64,000 bases of DNA from NCBI GenBank assembly GCA_964472085.1, contig CAYYIW010000012.1:29753-93752 (forward strand), written 5' to 3'. The notes beneath the pieces were generated by a model that was not told where the DNA came from, ran no database searches, and was given only the letters and a program-made list of their open reading frames with translations. Both the position numbers and the translations under genes were made by a program. Below are positions 29,371 through 37,608 of the stretch, one piece after another. Position 1 is the first letter of the stretch. The number at the start of each line of letters is the position of its first letter. Source of the stretch: an uncultured Rikenellaceae bacterium (GTDB lineage Bacteria; Bacteroidota; Bacteroidia; Bacteroidales; VadinHA17).

Positions 29371-30621
29371 TTATGATAAGAGATGTATAACAAGACCGCT
29401 ACGAAGTTTGGGTTCAAACCATGTTGTCTTTGGTGGCATGATATTTCCTGAATCGGCTATTGCTATCAGCTGATCCATGGAAACCGGGTACAGGGCGAAT
29501 GCCACTTTCATCCCACCACTATCTACTCTCTTTTTCAGCTCTTTAAGGCCTCTTATGCCTCCTACAAAATCAATACGCTTTGATCTCCTGAGGTCCTGTA
29601 TATCCAGGACAGGGACAAGGATCTGGTTTGTCAGTATTGTCACATCAAGGACCCCGATAGGGTCATTATTATCGTATGTGCCTGGCCTGGCTGTAAGACT
29701 GTACCATCTTTCTCCCAGGTACATGGAAATTTCATGAAGCTGACGTGGCTTATAATTCCTGGTTCCCTTATCCTTTACCACGAATCCAGTTTCCAGTTTT
29801 TCAAGCAGTTCCTCAGGTGTAAGGCCGTTAAGATCCTTCACTGTCCTGTTGTAATCAATGATCCGCAACTGGTCCGAAGGAAAATGTACAGCCAGGAAGA
29901 AATTATATTCTTCTGTCCCTGTATGACCAGGGTTATTATCTCTCTTCTCCTTGCCTACAAGAGCTGCTGCAGCCGTCCGGTGATGGCCGTCGGCCACATA
30001 TGTAAAAGGGACCTTATTAAGGAATAGTGATTCAATCATACTGTTTGTCTCGGGATCGCTCACAACCCATAGAGTATGTTTAAAACCATCTTCAGAAATA
30101 AAATCGTATTCGGGTTTCTTCGATGAAACAATTTCACTGACGATATCATCCAGTTCCTTTACAGGAGGATATGCAAAGAAAACAGGCTCAATATTGGCAT
30201 TGTTAATGCGTACATGAACCATCCTGTCCTGTTCCTTATCAGGTCGTGTAAGTTCATGTTTTTTAATAACACCGTTCAGGTAATCATCAACAGAAGCACA
30301 CCCTACAATACCGTATTGTGTGCGTCCCTTCATAGTTTGTGCATAGATATAGAAGCTGGGATTTTCATCCTGTACCAGCCACCCTTTATCCTGCCATTTC
30401 CTGAAATTCTCAATAGATTTATTATATACCTGTTCTGAATGGATATCGGCTTCGGGAGGAAGATCTATTTCAGACCTTGTAATATGAAGAAGGGAACATT
30501 CCTTTCCCTTTGCCATTTTTCTGGCTTCCTCTGTATTCATTACATCATACGGGAGACAAGCCAGTTCGCTGGCTATTGTAACTGGGGGACGAAGTCCCCT
30601 GAAAGGTTTGACAACTGCCAT
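29371..30621 (-). CDS. DUF1015 family protein
   Basis: 416 aa. N-terminus MAVVKPFRGLRP and the ADGHHR block are typical of DUF1015. Confidence 0.75.
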   Translation of the reverse strand: MAVVKPFRGLRPPVTIASELACLPYDVMNTEEARKMAKGKECSLLHITRSEIDLPPEADIHSEQVYNKSIENFRKWQDKGWLVQDENPSFYIYAQTMKGRTQYGIVGCASVDDYLNGVIKKHELTRPDKEQDRMVHVRINNANIEPVFFAYPPVKELDDIVSEIVSSKKPEYDFISEDGFKHTLWVVSDPETNSMIESLFLNKVPFTYVADGHHRTAAAALVGKEKRDNNPGHTGTEEYNFFLAVHFPSDQLRIIDYNRTVKDLNGLTPEELLEKLETGFVVKDKGTRNYKPRQLHEISMYLGERWYSLTARPGTYDNNDPIGVLDVTILTNQILVPVLDIQDLRRSKRIDFVGGIRGLKELKKRVDSGGMKVAFALYPVSMDQLIAIADSGNIMPPKTTWFEPKLRSGLVIHLLS

Positions 30622-30641
30622 CTGTCTAATTAATTTTCCAT

Positions 30642-31568
30642 CTAATTTACCTTATATTTTAGATTGCCTGTTTTAAAAAAGCTCACCACCTGTCTTGAAG
30701 CAGCCACACCGGCATTAATATTTGCCTCCGCTGTCTGGGCTCCCATCTTTTTGGCAGTAAAGATGAACCTGTCCTTATATTTTTCAGCAATGATATCCTT
30801 GCAGTCGGGAGCTACATCAGCCAGGTAACTGAAATCATCGCGTTCCGCAAATATCTTAAGTAATCCGGGTTCATCAATAAGTTCTTTTCTTGCAGTATTT
30901 ACCAGAACGGCATTGCGCGGCATAGTTTTCAGAAGTTCATATCCTATTGATGCCATTGTAATATCATTAAAGGGCATATGCACTGAAACATACTGGCATT
31001 TGGCATACATCTCTCCTACATTTATGCATTGTTTTGCATTATTGTTCTTCATGATCCTTTCGCTTACGAAAGGGTCGTAGGCATAGACATCCATGCCGAA
31101 GCCACGGGCAATATCCGACACATATTTACCCACATTGCCAAATGCATGCAGTCCCAGTGTTTTACCTCTCAGCTCTGTTCCTGCCCTGCCACTGAATCCA
31201 TTTCGTATCTGGTAAAGGATAAGCTCAAATACCAGTTCGGCTACAGCATTGGCGTTCTGACCCGGAGTATTCATGGCTATCACATCATGTGCGGTACATG
31301 CATCCAGGTCGAGATTATCATACCCCGCTCCAGCCCTTACCACTATCTTCAGATTTTTTGCAGCATCAAGTACCTGTGCCGTTACCTTATCACTTCTCAC
31401 TATCAGTGCATCCGCATCAGCTACTGCTTTAAGAAGATCCTCAGTTTCTTTATAGCATTCGAGAAGAACGAGCTGATACCCTGCCGCCACTGCTACTTCA
31501 GTCATATGCCTGATTGCCACGGAGGCAAATGGTTTTTCTGTTGCAACAAGTATTTTCATAAGAAACAA
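30642..31568 (-). CDS. serA: D-3-phosphoglycerate dehydrogenase (D-isomer 2-hydroxyacid dehydrogenase family)
   Basis: 308 aa. NAD-binding GLHAFGNVG. Its position next to serC supports the serA role. The start may be MKILVATEKPF at 31559. Confidence 0.8.
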   Translation of the reverse strand: MFLMKILVATEKPFASVAIRHMTEVAVAAGYQLVLLECYKETEDLLKAVADADALIVRSDKVTAQVLDAAKNLKIVVRAGAGYDNLDLDACTAHDVIAMNTPGQNANAVAELVFELILYQIRNGFSGRAGTELRGKTLGLHAFGNVGKYVSDIARGFGMDVYAYDPFVSERIMKNNNAKQCINVGEMYAKCQYVSVHMPFNDITMASIGYELLKTMPRNAVLVNTARKELIDEPGLLKIFAERDDFSYLADVAPDCKDIIAEKYKDRFIFTAKKMGAQTAEANINAGVAASRQVVSFFKTGNLKYKVN

Positions 31569-31617
31569 TAATTTAATATCTGGCTGTATCGGCCGGAATA
31601 AACGATACTATATCCTT

Positions 31618-32688
31618 TCAGTTTTTTCTTTCAAATTCCTGCATGGCTGCTACGAGCGCCTCAACACTTTCCTTTGGAAGGGCATTGTACGTGGAGGCAC
31701 GGAATCCTCCAACCGATCTGTGCCCGCCAATACCCACAAGTCCCCTGGTTTTTGCAAATTCTGCGAAAGACTGTTCAAGTTCTTTGTATTCTTCAGCCAT
31801 CACGAAACATATATTCATCAGTGATCTGTCCTCAGGATCAGATACTGTAGGAACAAAAAGCTTATTCCTTTCAATCTCGTCATACAGGATGGCAGCTTTT
31901 TCTATATTCTTCTTCTGCATGGCAGGAACACCACCCAATGATTTTAGCCAGTGCAAAGTCTGCTGAGCCGCGAAAACAGCAAATACTGGGGGAGTATTGA
32001 ACATTGACTCTCCCTTGATATGGGTCCTGTAATCAAGCATGGAGGGTATCTGTCTTGTAACCTTACCCAGGGATTCTTCCTTTACAATTATGAAGGTGAC
32101 TCCTGCCGGGGCAAGATTTTTCTGAGCCCCACCATATATGATGGAATATTTTGAAACATCAACTGGACGACTGAAAATATCAGATGACATATCTGCCACC
32201 AGAGGTACTTTCACATCGGGAACTTTCTTAATCTCCGTCCCGTATATTGTATTATTTGTGGTAATATGAAAATAATCGGAATCCTCCGGCACAGAATAAT
32301 TTTTCGGGATAAAGTTGAAAAGCTTATCCTTAGAGGAGGCAACCTCCACTACCTCTCCAAACAGTTTTGCCTCTTTAATAGCCTTACTTGCCCAGGATCC
32401 GGTATTAAGGTAAGCAGACTTTTTTTCCATCATGTTCATCGGCACCATTGCAAATTGCATACTGGCACCGCCTCCCAGGAACAGCACATGATATCCTGAA
32501 GGGATATCAAGCAGCTCTTTAAAAAGCTGAATTGTATCATTCATACAGGCAACAAACTCCTTGCTGCGATGTGATATTTCCAGAACGGATAACCCTGTCC
32601 CTGAAAAATCTCTGATTCCTTCAATTGTCCTGTCTAAAGTATACTGTGGAAGTATGGAAGGTCCTGCATAAAAGTTGTGTTTCTTCAT
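31618..32688 (-). CDS. serC: phosphoserine aminotransferase
   Basis: 356 aa. [11 protein letters not shown]-terminus, GGGASMQF, and [12 protein letters not shown] (PLP lysine). Confidence 0.9.
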   Translation of the reverse strand: MKKHNFYAGPSILPQYTLDRTIEGIRDFSGTGLSVLEISHRSKEFVACMNDTIQLFKELLDIPSGYHVLFLGGGASMQFAMVPMNMMEKKSAYLNTGSWASKAIKEAKLFGEVVEVASSKDKLFNFIPKNYSVPEDSDYFHITTNNTIYGTEIKKVPDVKVPLVADMSSDIFSRPVDVSKYSIIYGGAQKNLAPAGVTFIIVKEESLGKVTRQIPSMLDYRTHIKGESMFNTPPVFAVFAAQQTLHWLKSLGGVPAMQKKNIEKAAILYDEIERNKLFVPTVSDPEDRSLMNICFVMAEEYKELEQSFAEFAKTRGLVGIGGHRSVGGFRASTYNALPKESVEALVAAMQEFERKN

Positions 32689-32736
32689 AATGCCTTTTTA
32701 TTTATATTGAACAGTAATTCAAAATATATACTAATA

Positions 32737-32744
32737 CAAATTTA
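32737..32744 (-). promoter_or_regulatory. Bacteroidota -7 box (TAnnTTTG) upstream of serC
   Basis: The minus strand reads TAAATTTG, 49 nt upstream of the serC start at 32688. Confidence 0.4.
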
Positions 32745-32786
32745 TATAAATAGATTACAGCGTACAATGATGAATTGCATCGCACC

Positions 32787-33509
32787 CTATAAATTCCCGC
32801 TCACCAGGACACCGTCTTTTATGTAGGGAACCTTATCCGTGAAATCGGTTGAAATACAAAAATCAATGCAATCGTCGAGACCTTTATCCCTTAAACGTGT
32901 CCGCTGTGCAACTTTTTCTATATAAGCCGGAAGATCGTCTTTTGCCAGCGACCACATATCGATAGCTGCCAGCGTGGAGTCACATATTGTTGAATAGAGA
33001 CCACTGTCCAGAAGCATTTCCGCCATTGCACCGGCACAAATGCTGTCTTCTATGTTGAATTTATTTTTCCATCCTGCACAGAAAAGCAATACATCCCTGT
33101 CGGTTTTCTTCAGGAAATCAATAACAGCACTAAGATTAAGGAAAGATCCTACAACTGTCATATACGATGATGATGACAGGTTAATTATGCCTGTACCGTT
33201 GGTAGTACTGTAGACTATCGTTTTTCCTTCCACCTTTTTCCTGGTGAAATTAAAAGGTGAATTGCCAAAATCAGCAAAATCAAGAACAAATCCGTCTCTT
33301 TCAGCAGCTACCATGTAGCCTTTCTTCTTGTACTCCCTTGCCTCTTCTACCCTGGCTACCGGGATTAATGCTGAAGCCCCGTTGGCAAAAGCTGTGCATA
33401 TAGCAGAGGATGCGCGCAGGATATCTATTATAACAATTATGGAATCCCGGTTTTCATCAGGCATAAATAAAGCCGGTGAAAAGCATGTCTCCAGTCTTTT
33501 TTTTACCAT
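32787..33509 (-). CDS. comB: 2-phosphosulfolactate phosphatase (ComB) family protein
   Basis: 240 aa. ComB-like IVIIDILRASSAICTA and TTNGTG blocks. Confidence 0.7.
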   Translation of the reverse strand: MVKKRLETCFSPALFMPDENRDSIIVIIDILRASSAICTAFANGASALIPVARVEEAREYKKKGYMVAAERDGFVLDFADFGNSPFNFTRKKVEGKTIVYSTTNGTGIINLSSSSYMTVVGSFLNLSAVIDFLKKTDRDVLLFCAGWKNKFNIEDSICAGAMAEMLLDSGLYSTICDSTLAAIDMWSLAKDDLPAYIEKVAQRTRLRDKGLDDCIDFCISTDFTDKVPYIKDGVLVSGNL

Positions 33510-33518
33510 AATAACTTG

Positions 33519-34625
33519 TCACACATTTTTGTAGATAGGAAGGTCAACGATCTCTGCCCTCACATCCTTATTCCTTATCCTGATAAATATCTCAGTTCCC
33601 TTTTTCCAGTATCCCTTAGCCAGGTATGCCATACCTATACCCTGCTTCATCATCGGAGACATAGTCCCCGATGTAACCTCTCCAATTATCTCCTGTTCCC
33701 CGTTAAATACTTCATAATGCTGACGCGGAATCCCCCTTTCTTTCATTACAAATCCTTTGAGTCTCTTCTCAACTCCATTTTGTTTTTGCTCAAAGAGAAA
33801 TGATTTATCGATAAAATCCTTTCCCCCTGTAAACTTTGTTATCCAACCCAGTCCTGCTTCTATAGGTGACGTATTATCATTGATATCGTTCCCGTAAAGA
33901 CAAAAACCCATCTCGAGACGCAGTGTATCCCTGGCTCCGAGTCCCACGGGCTTGATACCAAACTCTTTTCCTGCCTCAAAAACAGCCTTCCACAGCTTTG
34001 GTCCGTCTTCGTTTTTAACATATAACTCGCAACCGCCAGCTCCGGTATATCCTGTGGTGGAAAAAATCACATCCCTTATACCTGCAAACTCAATTATCCT
34101 GAAAGTATAGTATTCCATATCCTCCACCTTTTCAGCAGTAAGCTTCTGCATTGCTTTCAATGCCAGAGGACCCTGAACAGCCAGCTGAGCTATATGATCG
34201 GAAATATTTACAAGATCTTTCCCCGTTTCAATGCCGAACGCAGCAGCTTTGCTGACACACCAATTCCAGTCTTTATCGATATTGGCTGCATTTACAACAA
34301 GTAAATATTTCTCATAGTCATACCTGTAAACAAGGAGATCATCAACTATTCCGCCTTTCCCGTTTGGAAAGCAGGAATACTGTACTTTACCGTCAAAAAG
34401 GAGTGAAACATCATTAGATGTGATAAACTGAAGAAAATCAAGTGCATGCGGACCGGTAACCATAAACTCCCCCATATGTGACACATCAAAGACCCCTACC
34501 TTTTCACGTACGGTAATATGTTCATCATTAATCCCGGTGTATTCCACCGGCATATTGAATCCGGCAAAAGGTACCATCTTTGCACCGGCTTCCTTATGAA
34601 ATTTGGTAAATGCAGTGTTTTTCAT
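33519..34625 (-). CDS. gcvT: glycine cleavage system aminomethyltransferase (T protein)
   Basis: 368 aa. [31 protein letters not shown] and [10 protein letters not shown] blocks. Confidence 0.92.
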   Translation of the reverse strand: MKNTAFTKFHKEAGAKMVPFAGFNMPVEYTGINDEHITVREKVGVFDVSHMGEFMVTGPHALDFLQFITSNDVSLLFDGKVQYSCFPNGKGGIVDDLLVYRYDYEKYLLVVNAANIDKDWNWCVSKAAAFGIETGKDLVNISDHIAQLAVQGPLALKAMQKLTAEKVEDMEYYTFRIIEFAGIRDVIFSTTGYTGAGGCELYVKNEDGPKLWKAVFEAGKEFGIKPVGLGARDTLRLEMGFCLYGNDINDNTSPIEAGLGWITKFTGGKDFIDKSFLFEQKQNGVEKRLKGFVMKERGIPRQHYEVFNGEQEIIGEVTSGTMSPMMKQGIGMAYLAKGYWKKGTEIFIRIRNKDVRAEIVDLPIYKNV

Positions 34626-34716
34626 TCAATTAGCTTTAAATTCACCCTAAAGAAATACCATGCCTGAGAGGCTGCTTAAAGGAAAGAAGAAGATTCGAAA
34701 TAAAATCTGACTATTA

Positions 34717-36768
34717 TCAGAATTCCAATATTTTAAATTCCACTCTTCTGTTTTTGGTACGTCCCTGTGCTGTTGAGTTGTCTGCCACAGGCTGAGTGGA
34801 ACCATATCCCTTTGAGGTCAGCCGCGATATGTCAATACCCTTTCCCAAAAGATAATCAACAACAGCTTTTGCCCTTGCAGCCGATAACCTGAGATTTAAA
34901 GCAGCACTACCGGTATTGTCTGTATGTCCTGATATCTCAATCTTCATATTTGGATTATCTTTAAGTATTCCCAGAAGGTGTTCAAGCTCAGCATAGGAAC
35001 TCTTTGTAAGGACTGATTTTCCTGTTTCAAATAAAATATTTTTAAGGACAACCCTTTTACCAACCTTGACTTTAATCAGTGTCGTATTAAATTCAAATGT
35101 ATCTGCGGCATAATCCGGAGGTATTATAACCTGTTTCATGTCTGAGAGGTAACCTGCAGCCTTAATGCTTACATTATATGCCTTTTTTGCCGGAAGGCCA
35201 GCTTTATATGATCCGTCAATATCTGAACTCGCTGTGGTCACAATAAGAGAATCTGTTAACATATCGGTAATATCCAGCCTGGCCAGCACGGGCTGACCTG
35301 TTTCCGAATCGAGGATCTTTCCTTCAAGCACAACTACATCTTTTTTAGGCTCAGGTGTTTTTACAACTACAGTATCCCTTATTATTACAGTGTCGGGACG
35401 GACTTCCGGCGGGCGTCCGGTGTCCCGCAATTGCGGAAGCAACCTTCCTTCATAAATATCAAGTCCCCCGGCACCTCCGCTACGGTTGGATGAGAGGTAG
35501 AACACACTGTCATTCTGAGGAGAAGGGAAATAAAATATGTCGTCCCATACAGTATTGACTGGGTATCCGCAGCCCCTGACAGCACCCCATTCACCATCCT
35601 CTCCCCTGATACTGAAAAAGATATCATATCCACCGATGCTGTTATGTCCCCTGGAACTGAACCATAAGGTATCCCCGGTCTCTGACAGCCTGACACTCTC
35701 TTCGTCATACCTGGTATTGATCATACTGCCAGCGTTTATTGGCTTTGACCATTTATGTCCGTTAAGCTTCTTAATAAAGTATATATCCTTCCCACCGATA
35801 TTCACTTTCCCATTATCTGAAACAAAATAAATCTCATTGCCTGACGGACTTATGCAGAATGATGTCTCAGAACCTGCTGAATTGACAGGGAATGGCAAAT
35901 TGACGGGGGTTCTCCAGATACCATTCTTTTTTTCCGATACTTTTATGTCACCTCCTCTTTCGGAGCCCTCATAGATATATAACCTGTCACCTGCATTATC
36001 CAAATACAATGGAGCTTCACAGTATTTTGTTGTTATATCTTTACCTGCATGAGCAGCAGTGCCCCACACTCCGTTATCCTTATGCGTTACATAAATGTTC
36101 TCATCATATTTCATGTCGGAATGTTCGAATGACCTGTCGGTCTTTCTCCTTGATGCAAAATACATTGTTCCCCCGTCGGATGTCAGTATCTCCGAGTAAT
36201 CGTCACTTCCGGAGTTTACAGCAGGTCCGGCATTCACGATCGCTATCCTTAACGTGTCACTGGTTACGACCATTGCTGAATTACATTCATCTATATGTTT
36301 ATCTGCAAGAGAAATCATATCTTCGGAATGCCTGGGATCGGCCGAGTTTTTAAACTCGTTGAATTTCTCAATTGCATCTTCAAACTTACCATCATACTGC
36401 AGAGCCCATCCTGTGAAGAAAAGAATATCATCTGTCACATTATGATTAAATTCAAGAGCATTCATCAGGAAACCTGATGCCTCTTCCTTGTGATCGGATA
36501 AAAGGGCTGAAATACCTGTTTTATAATTCAGTTCAGGATTTGAGTTATTATAAACAATAGCCTGCAGGTATTCATCGAAAGCTTTGCTGTATGATGCTCC
36601 TCCCTGGCCATAATATTTATCTCCTTCCCTTACATGCTTCCATGCTTCAGCAAACCCGGATTTCCCCGTATCAAACTCTTTCTTCCCTATCTTTACATCT
36701 GTCTGCGCTTCAGCAACAAGTGAAAAAAGAAGAAATAAGATTACTGTTAATTTTGAATAGTACTGCAT
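34717..36768 (-). CDS. OmpA-family protein with PorE-like architecture (TPR, TolB-like beta-propeller, carboxypeptidase-regulatory-like domain, OmpA_C)
   Basis: 683 aa with a signal peptide. N-terminal TPR-like helices, then repeated PD40-like segments (YFASRR, IYFVSDN, LWFSSRG, FYLSSNRSGG). A CRD-like VLEGKILDSETGQPV follows, and the C-terminus has OmpA motifs (ISGHTDNTGS...NLRLSAARAKAV...NRRVEF). Confidence 0.75.
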   Translation of the reverse strand: MQYYSKLTVILFLLFSLVAEAQTDVKIGKKEFDTGKSGFAEAWKHVREGDKYYGQGGASYSKAFDEYLQAIVYNNSNPELNYKTGISALLSDHKEEASGFLMNALEFNHNVTDDILFFTGWALQYDGKFEDAIEKFNEFKNSADPRHSEDMISLADKHIDECNSAMVVTSDTLRIAIVNAGPAVNSGSDDYSEILTSDGGTMYFASRRKTDRSFEHSDMKYDENIYVTHKDNGVWGTAAHAGKDITTKYCEAPLYLDNAGDRLYIYEGSERGGDIKVSEKKNGIWRTPVNLPFPVNSAGSETSFCISPSGNEIYFVSDNGKVNIGGKDIYFIKKLNGHKWSKPINAGSMINTRYDEESVRLSETGDTLWFSSRGHNSIGGYDIFFSIRGEDGEWGAVRGCGYPVNTVWDDIFYFPSPQNDSVFYLSSNRSGGAGGLDIYEGRLLPQLRDTGRPPEVRPDTVIIRDTVVVKTPEPKKDVVVLEGKILDSETGQPVLARLDITDMLTDSLIVTTASSDIDGSYKAGLPAKKAYNVSIKAAGYLSDMKQVIIPPDYAADTFEFNTTLIKVKVGKRVVLKNILFETGKSVLTKSSYAELEHLLGILKDNPNMKIEISGHTDNTGSAALNLRLSAARAKAVVDYLLGKGIDISRLTSKGYGSTQPVADNSTAQGRTKNRRVEFKILEF

Positions 36769-36859
36769 ATTATTCCTTTTTTATCAGCATAAAAATAACA
36801 TAAAAAACTTCTTATCTGTCAACTGAGAAGTATTTAAATATATAGCAATAAAATATTAT

Positions 36860-36867
36860 TATATTTG
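36860..36867 (+). promoter_or_regulatory. Bacteroidota -7 box (TAnnTTTG) upstream of the Hpt-STAS pair
   Basis: TATATTTG, 35 nt upstream of the ATG at 36902. Confidence 0.4.
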
Positions 36868-36901
36868 TTTATTAGTATATCAAACCTATAAGATCCACCA
36901 A

Positions 36902-37249
36902 ATGGATTATAAATTTATAAATCCTGAATATCTCCAGTCCGTCTCAGGGGGAGATCATGAAATGGAGATGGAACTTGTAACAATGTTCCGGGAACAATCA
37001 GTGGAGATATATAATGAATTAATAACGAAACTGTCTGAAAAGAATTACCCGATACTTGGCCAGCTTGCTCATAAGGCCAAATCGTCAGTAGCCATAATGG
37101 GTATGGAGGATCTTGCATTTATGCTGAAAACATTTGAACTCCAGGCAAAAGAATCTCAAAAGCCTGAAAAATATGAGTCGTATATTACAAAGTTCAAGTC
37201 AGATACTGATGCTGCTATCCGTGAACTTGAGGATTATCTGAATCAGTAA
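36902..37249 (+). CDS. Hpt (histidine phosphotransfer) domain protein
   Basis: 115 aa. The HxxKxS-type motif LAHKAKSSVAIMG (His57) sits in a four-helix-like context. Confidence 0.7.
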   Translation: MDYKFINPEYLQSVSGGDHEMEMELVTMFREQSVEIYNELITKLSEKNYPILGQLAHKAKSSVAIMGMEDLAFMLKTFELQAKESQKPEKYESYITKFKSDTDAAIRELEDYLNQ

Positions 37250-37262
37250 CCGAAAGTGATAA

Positions 37263-37598
37263 ATGATCACCATAAAGAAGACAGGCAGTATTGATACGGT
37301 AACATTCAATGTTAACAAAATAGACGCACTAATAAGCGAAGAGATCAGGGAGAGTATCATGAAGTCATTTGATAACCCCCAGGCAAAAGTCATTATTGAC
37401 CTTAAGGGTGTACAATATATTGACAGTTCGGGGTTTGGTTGTTTCCTGTCGATAATGAAAGGAGCACGAAACAACTATGGTACTCTTAAATTTGCAAATC
37501 CCGAGCCGCGTATCATGGAAACATTCAGGACACTGCACCTTCAGACTGTATTCCAGATTTACAATGACATTGAGTCGTGCATTGAATCGTTCGGGTGA
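37263..37598 (+). CDS. STAS-domain protein (anti-sigma-factor antagonist family)
   Basis: 111 aa. Canonical phospho-acceptor context IDSSGFG (Ser55/56). Confidence 0.8.
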   Translation: MITIKKTGSIDTVTFNVNKIDALISEEIRESIMKSFDNPQAKVIIDLKGVQYIDSSGFGCFLSIMKGARNNYGTLKFANPEPRIMETFRTLHLQTVFQIYNDIESCIESFG

Positions 37599-37608
37599 AT
37601 AAAGATAC

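Noticed and set aside
34626-34716. Looked for a glycine riboswitch in the 91-nt leader of gcvT.
   Set aside because: The leader is too short, and it lacks the conserved GGAGAG...ACCGAAGGGGCAA-type core segments.
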